A stretch of DNA of 64,000 nucleotides from a virus. The stretch lies in IMG/VR virus record IMGVR_UViG_3300025030_000006, one strand, 5' to 3'. This document shows positions 1 through 8,684 of this stretch, in pieces (within the stretch, counting starts at the first letter, position 1; every line of letters begins with the position of its first letter). The notes beneath the pieces were generated by a model that saw only the letters and a list, made by a program, of their open reading frames with translations, had not been told where the DNA came from and did not search any database. Position numbers and translations under genes: made by a program.

Positions 1-1
1 A

Positions 2-478
2 GAAGGAAGTTGGGAAAGTAGAACATGGCCTTTGGATAGATGGAAATTATTCATTGAATATGTAAAAGAAAAATATAAAGACAAAACAATTATTGAAGTT
101 GGTTCTAATCCATCTTATTATTTGGGCGTTGGTTTAAATTTAGTTGGGAAAACAACATTCCAACAAACAATGAATTTAATTAATAATTCTGATATGTATT
201 TGGGAATGGACGGAAGTTTAGCCCATTTTGCACAATCAATGAATATTCCAACATTTTTGATTTTTGGTTGCACTTCACCCCACTTGCGGGTACACAATTG
301 GAAAATTACAAATGTAGTATGGTTGGATAAAACAAAAAACCCTTGTGCTGGTTGTCACCATGATTTGGAAGAAGCACCAAAGGTATTTACAAAATGCAAA
401 AGAGATAAAATTTATTGTTTGGAAAATATTACTTTGGAAATGGTTATTGATAAATTTGAAAGGGGTACAAAATTGTGA
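2..478 (+). CDS. glycosyltransferase family 9 (heptosyltransferase-like), 5' end outside window
   Basis: Frame open from base 2 (track start 32 is a TTG); GT9 C-terminal signature GKTTFQQTMNLINNSDMYLGMDGSLAHFAQSMNIPTFLIFGCTSP. Confidence 0.6.
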   Translation, partial: EGSWESRTWPLDRWKLFIEYVKEKYKDKTIIEVGSNPSYYLGVGLNLVGKTTFQQTMNLINNSDMYLGMDGSLAHFAQSMNIPTFLIFGCTSPHLRVHNWKITNVVWLDKTKNPCAGCHHDLEEAPKVFTKCKRDKIYCLENITLEMVIDKFERGTKL

Positions 479-603
479 GTTATCATAATTGTAAAGGCTA
501 TAGACCAAAAGAAGCAAAAATTGGTGATGAGTTCAGATGTATTTGTGGTGTAAGATATAAGCTGATTAGGAAATTTCCTTGGAATAAATGGGTAAAAATC
601 TAA
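475..603 (+). CDS. hypothetical small Cys-containing protein (42 aa, GTG start)
   Basis: GTGA overlap with upstream stop, AAAGGGG 9 nt upstream; SYHNCKGY...FRCICGVRYKL; below 60-aa track cutoff. Confidence 0.3.
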   Translation: MSYHNCKGYRPKEAKIGDEFRCICGVRYKLIRKFPWNKWVKI

Positions 604-619
604 CAAAGGAGAAAAAGTA

Positions 620-1315
620 ATGCCTTATCCTGAAAGACAAATCGTTGTGGAAAAGAAAAAGGAAAACTTTGATAAAACTGGTTATCCTGAAAGAACGTTC
701 AATTCAGATTATTGGCTATATTCTGATGGTGTAAATCCTGCCAGAATTGATAAAAGTGCTCACCAATTGATTAATTATTTTACTCGTTTGTTTAATAATT
801 TTATTGGTGATAATGATTTTACAATTCTTGACGTTGGTGCTGGTGCTGGCAGCATGGTTCAGCAATTCAGAGATAAAGGATATAAAGCTGAAGGTTGTGA
901 ATTTTCTGAATCAGGAAGAATAATTGCAAAAGAAAGATTTAATATTGATTTGGAATTCTGTGATTTGAGAAATAAACTGCCTTATGATAATGACCAATTT
1001 GATTGGTCCTATTGTGTGGGTGTTCTTTCCATGATTCCAAAAAACAAAATGGAAAATGCTATTTCTGAAATCATGCGAGTAACCAAATATGGTTTTCTTT
1101 TAAATGTTGGAACCATTGTAAATGATGCCGGTGGGGATAGGAGAGGAAACCCACACCATATTACCGCAATGAATTGTCCTGATTATTGGAAAATAATCAA
1201 CAAACTTGGTGGTTATAGTTGGACTTCCATTCAACCACCACAAAAAGCATTTTTCGGAATGGGCGTTATGGATGAATTCTGTGGTCTATTTTCTAAAAAT
1301 AAATGGGAATTTTAA
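620..1315 (+). CDS. class I SAM-dependent methyltransferase
   Basis: AAAGGAGA RBS; motif I ILDVGAGAGSMV followed by acidic-loop/post-I pattern (Methyltransf_11/23-like). Confidence 0.7.
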   Translation: MPYPERQIVVEKKKENFDKTGYPERTFNSDYWLYSDGVNPARIDKSAHQLINYFTRLFNNFIGDNDFTILDVGAGAGSMVQQFRDKGYKAEGCEFSESGRIIAKERFNIDLEFCDLRNKLPYDNDQFDWSYCVGVLSMIPKNKMENAISEIMRVTKYGFLLNVGTIVNDAGGDRRGNPHHITAMNCPDYWKIINKLGGYSWTSIQPPQKAFFGMGVMDEFCGLFSKNKWEF

Positions 1316-1336
1316 ATATAATAAAGGAGATTTAAA

Positions 1337-1861
1337 ATGTCTGAAACAAACAAGCACCGCCATTTATTTACTGAATACTGTCAGGGAACGGGCTTAGATA
1401 TTGGTTATGGTGGTGATGCCATAACTCCTACTGCAATCACCTTTGATTTGCCCGATAAATATAGTTCAGTGGGGGATGACCCACAAAATATAGAAGGAGA
1501 TGCAAGAGATTTATCCATGTTTTCTGATAATAGTTTATCGTACATTTTTAGTAGTCATGTAATTGAGGACTTTTTAAATCCACAAGATGTATTAATTGAA
1601 TGGCTTAGAGTTATTAAACCAAATGGTTATCTTTGTCTCCTTTTTCCCGATGAATCCATTTATAGACAAAAAACAAAAATAAGAAATACAGAACATAAAT
1701 ATGCTGAATTTGGAATGAACTTTGTAACAAACATCCTTAGCAATATTTCAAAGGTAAAAACATTTTGCAAAGAATATAGCCTTTATATCATTCATTCTGA
1801 AGAACATTTTGAAAACGATGATTACAATTGTATTTTAATCGTTCAAAAGATAATGGAATGA
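1337..1861 (+). CDS. class I SAM-dependent methyltransferase
   Basis: AAAGGAGA RBS; GLDIGYGG motif I, DARDL, IKPNGYLCLLFPDE. Confidence 0.6.
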   Translation: MSETNKHRHLFTEYCQGTGLDIGYGGDAITPTAITFDLPDKYSSVGDDPQNIEGDARDLSMFSDNSLSYIFSSHVIEDFLNPQDVLIEWLRVIKPNGYLCLLFPDESIYRQKTKIRNTEHKYAEFGMNFVTNILSNISKVKTFCKEYSLYIIHSEEHFENDDYNCILIVQKIME

Positions 1862-1864
1862 AAA

Positions 1865-2680
1865 ATGAAGATTTTAATTTCTACACTTGCGTTTTCCAAT
1901 CCAGAATTATTGGATAAATGTATTTCTTCATGGCCTAAAAATGTAGATAAATGTGTTTTATGGCAGGGATTTCGTCATCCTGAAATGGAACCAATTATAA
2001 ATAAACACAGAGATAATCTTTCTATTTATTTGCGAAGAAAAAATAATTGGTATGTTTCGGGTGGTTGGAATATTATTTTACGAGAAGCATTTTTAAAAAA
2101 TGATTTTGATGGTGTTGTTTTGGTTGGTAGTGATACTGCTTTTTTATCTGGGTTTTGGGAAGAATTTATTTATAAAATAGAAAAATATGATTTTGTAGAA
2201 TCTTCCCACCAATTTAATTGTTTTTATGTAAGTAGAAAGTGTTTTGATATTGTTGGTACTTTTGATGAAAATATTGTGAATTATTGTGAAGATGATGATT
2301 ATAGACTGAGGGTAAAACTTTCAGGAATTAATTATTTACACAGTAAAGGAAATAAAGATTTATTTTTACATGAATATTCTTCTACTGTTAGAAAAAATCC
2401 AATTTATGCTTTAAAATCAAGAAAATCATTTGCTTTGAATAAACAATATATGACTGAAAAATGGGGAGGAATTGAACAGTCTATTCCTAAGTGGAATCCA
2501 GTTTATAAAACCCCATTCAATGACCCTAATTGGCCTTTAGATAAATGGGTTTTAAATCCACAAGGCAGAATCGCAAGACTGTGGGATAACATTATAGAAG
2601 ACAAGGATGATGATAGATTAATTCATTTGGTCAATGCCTTGAAATACCCTGATAAATATATTTATGATTATAAAACTTGA
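1865..2680 (+). CDS. glycosyltransferase, GT2-like
   Basis: N-terminal Rossmann-like start MKILISTLAFSNPELLDKCISS, DXD-like CEDDDYRLR; weak family call. Confidence 0.45.
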   Translation: MKILISTLAFSNPELLDKCISSWPKNVDKCVLWQGFRHPEMEPIINKHRDNLSIYLRRKNNWYVSGGWNIILREAFLKNDFDGVVLVGSDTAFLSGFWEEFIYKIEKYDFVESSHQFNCFYVSRKCFDIVGTFDENIVNYCEDDDYRLRVKLSGINYLHSKGNKDLFLHEYSSTVRKNPIYALKSRKSFALNKQYMTEKWGGIEQSIPKWNPVYKTPFNDPNWPLDKWVLNPQGRIARLWDNIIEDKDDDRLIHLVNALKYPDKYIYDYKT

Positions 2681-2691
2681 AAGGAAATTTT

Positions 2692-2916
2692 ATGGCTTGT
2701 AATATTTGTGGAAAAACAGGAACACATTTAGAAGATTTAAATAAAGAATACCAAACTGAAAAAATAAAACAAATTTGCTCAAGTTGTACCGCCGATGTAA
2801 ACAAACACCTTTGGGACATAAGAAGATTATCATCAAAAATGACTGAACATTGGCTTAAAAGATTTATGACCACCCTAAAAGAAAAGTTTACTGGAAAGGA
2901 AACAAGAAATGATTAG
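2692..2916 (+). CDS. hypothetical zinc-ribbon protein
   Basis: GAAAGGAAA RBS before ATG 2692 (track start 2677 lies in the RBS); CNICG...CSSC. Confidence 0.55.
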   Translation: MACNICGKTGTHLEDLNKEYQTEKIKQICSSCTADVNKHLWDIRRLSSKMTEHWLKRFMTTLKEKFTGKETRND

Positions 2917-3046
2917 TGTCTATTGTTGTGAAGCAACAACCTGCAAATGGAATGAAAATAAACGATGTTGTCATTCTGCTGATGAAATTACCATAGATTC
3001 ATTTGGTCATTGTGAAGAATATGAAATGAATTCAATGGAGAAATAA
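2909..3046 (+). CDS. small Cys-rich protein, DUF1540-like
   Basis: 45 aa, CCEATTCKWNENKRCCHSADEITIDSFGHCEEY resembles DUF1540 pattern; abuts next ATG. Confidence 0.35.
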   Translation: MISVYCCEATTCKWNENKRCCHSADEITIDSFGHCEEYEMNSMEK

Positions 3047-3223
3047 ATGGCTATTCGTGAATTTGAATGTCCTAAATGTGGTTTGGTTAAAGAATTATTG
3101 ATTAATTCAAATCAAATTATTCCAAAAACAATTTTAAAAGGTTGTGATAATTGTCAGGAAGATTTAAATTATAAACTTAGTGTTCCCGGTTTTCACAGGA
3201 ATAAAACCATTTATGGAGAATAA
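3047..3223 (+). CDS. FmdB-family-like zinc ribbon protein
   Basis: 58 aa; MAIREFECPKCG...CDNC, typical FmdB/CxxC_CxxC_SSSS start. Confidence 0.5.
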   Translation: MAIREFECPKCGLVKELLINSNQIIPKTILKGCDNCQEDLNYKLSVPGFHRNKTIYGE

Positions 3224-3228
3224 ATAAA

Positions 3229-3555
3229 ATGAACATTAATATTGGTGATAAATGTTTGATTACAACAGATAATTATTTTGTTGCTCCTGATGGAAAACAA
3301 TATCGTTCCGTCTTTGGTACTGTTAAAGCTGTTCATGATGCCCAAACTGTTTTGGGAATTAAGCCAAATGCAAAATCAACAAATTGGTATGTAGAAATTG
3401 GAAACATGATTCTTGCTGGCTGTCAAATTCATTATTTAGTTAAAACGGATAAAGTTTCTTATAATATGATTACTGATACCACTTGGGGGGGTGGTATTTA
3501 TACCACTTTCACAAGAGAGACAGTAATTTACAATGCTGACGGAGAACAATTATGA
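3229..3555 (+). CDS. hypothetical protein
   Basis: GGAGA RBS; 108 aa, no motif recognised. Confidence 0.6.
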   Translation: MNINIGDKCLITTDNYFVAPDGKQYRSVFGTVKAVHDAQTVLGIKPNAKSTNWYVEIGNMILAGCQIHYLVKTDKVSYNMITDTTWGGGIYTTFTRETVIYNADGEQL

Positions 3556-3800
3556 ATTGGGAGCTAACATCAAAAAACAAGAGTGGGGAAATACAAGTTA
3601 ATTTTTTCTGGGTATGTACTCTTATTGTTTTTATTGGTTTTCTTTTGGGCATTGGTTTTACTGTAGCTTATTTTGTGATTCATTATATTCTTGGAAATGA
3701 TGGTTTCTATATTTACTTTTTCTTTAAAAAATATTGGGTTGCTCTGTTTATTGGTTTTATTGTTTTTTGTGCTTATAAAATTAAAAAGGAGAATATTTAA
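3552..3800 (+). CDS. hypothetical membrane protein (2-3 TM)
   Basis: GGAGA RBS, ATGA overlap; long hydrophobic stretches FFWVCTLIVFIGFLLGIGFTVAYFVI. Confidence 0.6.
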   Translation: MNWELTSKNKSGEIQVNFFWVCTLIVFIGFLLGIGFTVAYFVIHYILGNDGFYIYFFFKKYWVALFIGFIVFCAYKIKKENI

Positions 3801-4163
3801 ATGAGTATAGAATGTTATCATGGTCATTGTGAACACCATGACAAAGAGGAACCATATTGCAACCTAGATGAATGTGTTAGTGGTAATGACACTATAAAAG
3901 AAAATAAAACCATTCCTTTGGATAAATTTGACAAATTAAAAAAATGTAAAAATTACAAAATATTTAATATAGGTAAATACCTATTTGCAATTGCATTTGC
4001 TTCAGAAAAAGGTGACAGAATTTGGGCTAAACAAAATGAAGAAGGAACAGAAAGAACAAATTATTATTTATCAATAAGCAAAACTAAAATGATAAAAGTT
4101 AAAAGCACCACAACATTATATACCCTTATTTTTGGTCCATTTAATTTTACCATTGGAAAATAA
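3801..4163 (+). CDS. hypothetical protein with Cys/His-rich N-terminus
   Basis: AAAGGAGA RBS; CYHGHCEHHDKEEPYCNLDEC. Confidence 0.6.
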   Translation: MSIECYHGHCEHHDKEEPYCNLDECVSGNDTIKENKTIPLDKFDKLKKCKNYKIFNIGKYLFAIAFASEKGDRIWAKQNEEGTERTNYYLSISKTKMIKVKSTTTLYTLIFGPFNFTIGK

Positions 4164-4176
4164 AGGAGAATGTTTA

Positions 4177-4347
4177 ATGTGGTATAATTTTAAATCATGG
4201 TTCAATAGTAATATTATGTTTTTTAGTTTTGGAAAATATTGGAAAGGCGTTTATATCCATTTTCTTCCTAAATATTGCTACAGATTTTTTTATACAAATT
4301 GTTTTAAGATTGATAAACATAAAAAACCAGGGGGGCACTTTAAATGA
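4177..4347 (+). CDS. hypothetical protein
   Basis: AAAGGAGA RBS before ATG 4177 (in frame with track ORF 4132). Confidence 0.45.
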   Translation: MWYNFKSWFNSNIMFFSFGKYWKGVYIHFLPKYCYRFFYTNCFKIDKHKKPGGHFK

Positions 4348-4607
4348 TAAAGCGTGGCAACATAAAATCGTGCAAGGTTTATATTAAAGAAAACGGCAAA
4401 ATGGTCACAAAATATTCAGTACAAGTGAGACTTAGAAATAAACAAGATTGGATTCAGGCCAGAAAAGGGGAGGAACAACTTATCTTTATGACGCCTGAAG
4501 AAGCAAATAAAGTAGTTATTGATTATGTAGAAGAAATTAAAAAATCTATGAATGATAAAATTAAAGAAGGAAAAGTAAAACTCAAAATGGAAAGGAAAAT
4601 AAAATGA
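4344..4607 (+). CDS. hypothetical protein
   Basis: ATGA overlap, G-rich RBS; Lys-rich 87 aa. Confidence 0.55.
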   Translation: MIKRGNIKSCKVYIKENGKMVTKYSVQVRLRNKQDWIQARKGEEQLIFMTPEEANKVVIDYVEEIKKSMNDKIKEGKVKLKMERKIK

Positions 4608-4858
4608 GTAAACGAGGAGAAAATTGGAAAAAGTTTTCTGATGAAGTTCTTCTTCATATTGAAAATTATACTGTTCCTCAATATGGAGATGAAGGAGAAG
4701 ACCAAGTTTCTGAGTGGGAAATTAGTGATTTTCTAACCACTATTAAAAAGTACCTTGCACGTTATGGAAAAAATGTGCGTGAAGGGGAACAAAGAAGAGA
4801 CTTTGTAAAAATTGCTCATTACGCTTCTATGGTTGCTGAAAAATATTCGGAGGAATAA
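4604..4858 (+). CDS. hypothetical protein, DUF3310-like
   Basis: TIKKYLARYGKNVREGEQRRDFVKIAHYASMV resembles the KYl.R.g.K...dl.Ka.hY pattern of DUF3310 phage proteins. Confidence 0.35.
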   Translation: MSKRGENWKKFSDEVLLHIENYTVPQYGDEGEDQVSEWEISDFLTTIKKYLARYGKNVREGEQRRDFVKIAHYASMVAEKYSEE

Positions 4859-4859
4859 A

Positions 4860-5087
4860 ATGAGACAATGGTTTAATAATTATATTACTAAAATATATAC
4901 GAGGTTTACCCTTTGGCTTATGAAAGGAACAAATGTAACAGTTTTATTTACAGAAGATAAAAGATATATTGTTTTGATGAATGAAGAAAAATATAAAGAA
5001 TGGGAAGATTTTGAAAATAATTTCTTTGTTGTATATGAGAACGAACAACAATTAAAGATGGATTTTCCAAATGCGGAAAAAATATAA
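4860..5087 (+). CDS. hypothetical protein
   Basis: GGAGGA RBS before ATG 4860 (in frame with track ORF 4812). Confidence 0.55.
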   Translation: MRQWFNNYITKIYTRFTLWLMKGTNVTVLFTEDKRYIVLMNEEKYKEWEDFENNFFVVYENEQQLKMDFPNAEKI

Positions 5088-5199
5088 ATGCCCTTATTGT
5101 AAAAAGATTCTTGAAAGAGAATCAAAAAAACAATGGATAAAATCTTATTGCGTGCTAAAAGATGGATATATCAGATTACAAATTATAAGAGAGGAATAA

Positions 5200-5646
5200 A
5201 TGAAATTATGGTTTTCTTCAACGAAGTACGGAATGACACTACCACAAAAACTTAAAGTACAAGAATTCTTGGTCAAAAATAAAGAAATTATAAAAACAAT
5301 CAGGCATGAAGATTTCATTGGCGGTGAAGAAGAATTTCATAGAATGTGTTTAAATTTTGATTTATTTAATAAAATAATTATTCATCCACCAAAAGATAGA
5401 ACCAATAGGGCTTTATGCAAAGCATCGGTTATTCTTGACCCTATGATGGATTCCACCAGTAGAAGAAGTAATATGGCTATTAAATCTGATTTTCTTTTAG
5501 CCACACCTCACAGTTATTCAGAAAATATCAGGAAGGGTTGCTGGCAATCAATCAGAATAGCAAAGCAAAAAGAAATGGATTTATTAATTGTTTTTCCTGA
5601 CGGGAGTCTTTGTAATGAGTATGAAATTAGCAGAAATAAAAATTGA
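5200..5646 (+). CDS. hypothetical protein, possible SLOG/DUF2493-like fold
   Basis: GAGGA RBS; weak resemblance (HEDFIGGEEEFH, IIHPP, LLIVFPDG) to SLOG nucleotide-binding families. Confidence 0.3.
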   Translation: MKLWFSSTKYGMTLPQKLKVQEFLVKNKEIIKTIRHEDFIGGEEEFHRMCLNFDLFNKIIIHPPKDRTNRALCKASVILDPMMDSTSRRSNMAIKSDFLLATPHSYSENIRKGCWQSIRIAKQKEMDLLIVFPDGSLCNEYEISRNKN

Positions 5647-5809
5647 TAAAGACAAAGCAGAAGACTATGTTTTTATCAGAGAACAATTAATACAAAACAA
5701 TTTTAAATTAAATAAGGATTACCCACAATACATAATGCCTGTTTCTGAAACATCAATAATAAAATACGTGGAAAAAGATTTTATACTCTATGTTCAGGAG
5801 AAAACATAA
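5615..5809 (+). CDS. hypothetical protein
   Basis: GGGAG RBS before ATG 5615; in frame with track ORF 5588. Confidence 0.5.
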   Translation: MSMKLAEIKIDKDKAEDYVFIREQLIQNNFKLNKDYPQYIMPVSETSIIKYVEKDFILYVQEKT

Positions 5810-5810
5810 T

Positions 5811-5996
5811 ATGTATACAGGAGAGGATATTATAAATGGAATAAAACACATGCAAAATAATGGAAAATATTATATAACAGCGGATGCAGAAGAATTTGCA
5901 AAAAGAGTGATTAATCATATAAATATGTATAGACATGATAAATACATTGAAGAAGTATTTGATAAATCAAAACAAGATATGGAAGAAAAACTATAA
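5811..5996 (+). CDS. hypothetical protein
   Basis: AGGAGA RBS before ATG 5811; last gene of rightward block. Confidence 0.55.
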   Translation: MYTGEDIINGIKHMQNNGKYYITADAEEFAKRVINHINMYRHDKYIEEVFDKSKQDMEEKL

Positions 5997-6000
5997 AATA

Positions 6001-6032
6001 TAGCCCCTTTCCAAATCATAGGAAAGGGGCTA
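6001..6032. terminator. bidirectional intrinsic terminator between convergent blocks
   Basis: Perfect 12-bp stem TAGCCCCTTTCC/GGAAAGGGGCTA, 8-nt loop, A/T runs on both sides. Confidence 0.75.
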
Positions 6033-6098
6033 TATTTGTGTCTATAATCACTATAAAATAATGAATATTCCAGTAAAACATACCAATAATTCTGAATA

Positions 6099-6233
6099 TT
6101 AGAACTTAAAAAGCGTATAATTTATTATAATTCCATCCTCTAATCTTTCATCAAAATCCCTTCTAGCACGTTCTTTTTCCAAAACACAACCATACAAAAT
6201 AAAAGTCATAAGGAATAAAAGAATTAGTTTCAT
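6099..6233 (-). CDS. small lipoprotein (44 aa)
   Basis: MKLILLFLMTFILYGC lipobox-type signal; ATGA overlap with upstream gene; below track cutoff. Confidence 0.5.
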   Translation of the reverse strand: MKLILLFLMTFILYGCVLEKERARRDFDERLEDGIIINYTLFKF

Positions 6234-6508
6234 ACAATAACCCTTTCTTTATCATATTTCTCTACAATCCTGAATGGGGTATCAAAAGCCTTGTTTTCCT
6301 CTTCCATTGAATTGAAATAGTAATCATGAATAGCCAAGAGAGCAATCAAGGCAATACGGATAATTTTAATAGTGCTGGTCACTTCTCCGGTATGGTAATT
6401 CAGATAGGCTTTCAAACCAAATATGCTTATTTTATGAGTAACCACAATAGCAGTCTTGGCTACCTTTAAAACTTTCCTTTTAATTTCTTTTCTTCCTTGT
6501 TTATTCAT
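6230..6508 (-). CDS. hypothetical membrane-associated protein
   Basis: AAGGA RBS; hydrophobic IIRIALIALLAI segment. Confidence 0.55.
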   Translation of the reverse strand: MNKQGRKEIKRKVLKVAKTAIVVTHKISIFGLKAYLNYHTGEVTSTIKIIRIALIALLAIHDYYFNSMEEENKAFDTPFRIVEKYDKERVIV

Positions 6509-7166
6509 TATTTAATTCCTTTTCATCAATGTATGTTCTATCATCTTTTCTTATTTGCCACCATGCAGCTGCACCATATTTTCTAAACCAGTCTCTTCCC
6601 TTTACCCAAAATTTACCTTTAGCAGAACAAACAACGTGGATAAACTCTTCTTGTGAAGCACAAATGAAATTATTATTTTCATCATATTGGTTTACCCATA
6701 CTTTTTTAATTCCATCCACGATAACAATATGGTCTGTTCCTTTAAACATAAGTTTCTCATCATAAGGACCAGTACCACTCATTGATATACTTGTTAAAAT
6801 AACCCAACCACTTCTCAATAAACCTTCTATTCTATCAGTATATTCCCTTGCAGGTTCAAAATGATAAAAATTAGGATTGAATCTGCTTGTATAAAAATTA
6901 GGAAGAACACAATCAGTATAAATATCAACGGTTCTATCATTTTGGTGATTGCACAAAGCATAAAAAGCAAAATGGTAAAAATCCCATGAATTACATAAAT
7001 GTCCTTGCTTATCTTTAAATGCCTCAAAGACCTCATCAAAGGTTACTTTGTTTTCTGGAAATAAATAATTGATTGCAGCAGTAGTGGCACAAGCAAAACA
7101 ATCCCCACCGGGATTTTTCTTTGGGTAGGGTTGTAAATGTGGTTCAATGTTTAGACAGAATTCCAT
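6501..7166 (-). CDS. hypothetical protein, papain-like cysteine peptidase candidate
   Basis: GAGGAA RBS before ATG 7166; GGDCFACATTAA (Cys) and DHIVIVDG (His) spaced as in C39/CHAP-like folds. Confidence 0.3.
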   Translation of the reverse strand: MEFCLNIEPHLQPYPKKNPGGDCFACATTAAINYLFPENKVTFDEVFEAFKDKQGHLCNSWDFYHFAFYALCNHQNDRTVDIYTDCVLPNFYTSRFNPNFYHFEPAREYTDRIEGLLRSGWVILTSISMSGTGPYDEKLMFKGTDHIVIVDGIKKVWVNQYDENNNFICASQEEFIHVVCSAKGKFWVKGRDWFRKYGAAAWWQIRKDDRTYIDEKELNNE

Positions 7167-7167
7167 T

Positions 7168-7740
7168 TTATTGTTCCTCACATATTTGGTTTTTAGAAAA
7201 AATAGTTCTTACATAAGTATCTTCAAACCATTCACGTTCTTTTTTATCAAAACATAATCCCCATTTTTCTTTTATCATTATCCAAAGAATTCTGTATTCT
7301 ACTCTATTAATCAATGGCATCCAATCAGACGGGTTTTTAGCTCCCTTTTCCCGATTACTCTTGGCTGTGACTGCAATTAAATGATTTGGGTCAGCAAGAT
7401 AATTTGCATACTCAATACGTCTTTCCTGACTCCATTTATCAGCGCCAGAAATCCATGCTTCTTTTAAAGGAATAAAATGGTCTATATCCAATTCAGAAGG
7501 ATTTGTAATAATACTTCCGGTATATCTGCAAATCCAGATTCCCCATTCTACTTTTCCATTTTTATCAAATCGAACAGGAATAATACTTTCCTCAATTAGA
7601 ACTTCCTGCCTTGTGTCCCTCCCGTTGTTATCGGTGTCAATCCAGCCATTACCAAAATGCTTTTCCCTATTATATTTCTCCGCAAAACAAATTCCAAAAC
7701 TTAATAAAGTAATAACTAAACAGGAAATTAATATTCTCAT
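7168..7740 (-). CDS. secreted HNH/DUF1524-family nuclease
   Basis: AAGGAGA RBS before ATG 7740; signal peptide MRILISCLVITLLSFGICFA; IDHFIPLKEAW...HLIAVTAKSNREKGAKNPSDWMP (GmrSD C-terminal type). Confidence 0.65.
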   Translation of the reverse strand: MRILISCLVITLLSFGICFAEKYNREKHFGNGWIDTDNNGRDTRQEVLIEESIIPVRFDKNGKVEWGIWICRYTGSIITNPSELDIDHFIPLKEAWISGADKWSQERRIEYANYLADPNHLIAVTAKSNREKGAKNPSDWMPLINRVEYRILWIMIKEKWGLCFDKKEREWFEDTYVRTIFSKNQICEEQ

Positions 7741-7751
7741 TATTCTTCTCC

Positions 7752-7928
7752 TTAACAATCCGTATTTTTCTCTTCCGGTAATTCATAATACATGGCAATC
7801 GAAGCACACTCTTCATCTGTATATTCTCCTTCCAAATCATCGGAGAAACAACATGGAATAAAAGGAGTTTGTAATTTAGGTTCCTGAAAAGGTTCAGAAT
7901 ACCAATAACGAGATTCACTAACACACAT
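7752..7928 (-). CDS. hypothetical acidic protein (58 aa)
   Basis: GGAGA RBS; MCVSESRYWYSEPFQEP...; displaces spurious track ORF 7670..7942. Confidence 0.5.
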   Translation of the reverse strand: MCVSESRYWYSEPFQEPKLQTPFIPCCFSDDLEGEYTDEECASIAMYYELPEEKNTDC

Positions 7929-7951
7929 TTAATTTTCTCCAAAATAATAAA

Positions 7952-8236
7952 TCAATTATTTTCTGCATAAAAGTCATCCCATTTTTGTTTGTATTTTTGC
8001 CACGGACCCGTAGCACGTTCATTGTTTCAAGAACTGCAAGCAATTTGTAAATTCAAAAAATGCCAGTTTCCCCCCAAGGATAATGGATGAAGATGTTCAA
8101 TCGTTGCCAAATGAAAGGGTAATTTTTCTCGGCAATAGAAACATGGTGCTTTTTTTCTCGAACCATATTTTTTAAAAAGTTTCTTTTTGATTTCCTTTTT
8201 CTGACTGCTATTTCTTGCACTGGAAAACTGACTCAT
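7952..8236 (-). pseudogene. HNH endonuclease interrupted by in-frame TGA at a zinc-ligand Cys position
   Basis: GGAGG RBS; CFYC...HLHPLSLGG...NLQIACSS[TGA]NNERATGPW fits NLq.aC..CN..K; the frame stays open for 24 more codons. Confidence 0.5.
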
Positions 8237-8269
8237 AAGGATATGTCCTCCTTATAATAAAATTAATTT

Positions 8270-8530
8270 CTAGATATAATGTTCTTCTTCGATTAATAAT
8301 CCGTTTTCGTTAAAATAAAACCTTTCCATTTTATAATCAGGATTACAAGAACAGGACGGGCAGTTTTCAATTAACAAAGCAGCATCATCCGGGTCTATAC
8401 CATAAATCCTTACCATATTACTTTTATGCACGTTGCATTTATTACAAAATAAATGTATCCGACCTTCCTGTAATTCTTCAAATAATTCCATTCCCATTCT
8501 GAAACAACCATCCCATACAAAATCATTCAT
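8270..8530 (-). CDS. hypothetical Cys-rich (zinc-ribbon) protein
   Basis: GGAGG RBS; CNKCNVHK...CPSCSC. Confidence 0.6.
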   Translation of the reverse strand: MNDFVWDGCFRMGMELFEELQEGRIHLFCNKCNVHKSNMVRIYGIDPDDAALLIENCPSCSCNPDYKMERFYFNENGLLIEEEHYI

Positions 8531-8684
8531 TTTTGATTACCTCCTTTTCCTTACAATAATTACAGATACCAGATTCAATCCCCATACAAATAAATAATTT
8601 ATTACATTTTAAAATAACAGAACAATACATACATTTTATTTCCTTATCCATAACAATAAACGAGTGATTGCATACTAAATTCAA
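8523..8684 (-). CDS. hypothetical Cys-rich mini-protein (53 aa, TTG start)
   Basis: GGAGGTG 7 nt before TTG 8684 (an in-frame ATG at 8651 has no RBS); CMYC...CNYC. Confidence 0.4.
   Translation of the reverse strand: MNLVCNHSFIVMDKEIKCMYCSVILKCNKLFICMGIESGICNYCKEKEVIKNE

Noticed and set aside
7670-7942. Track ORF 7670..7942(-)
   Set aside because: Its start codon lies inside the SD of the better-supported 7752..7928 gene in another frame, and it overlaps the nuclease gene start.
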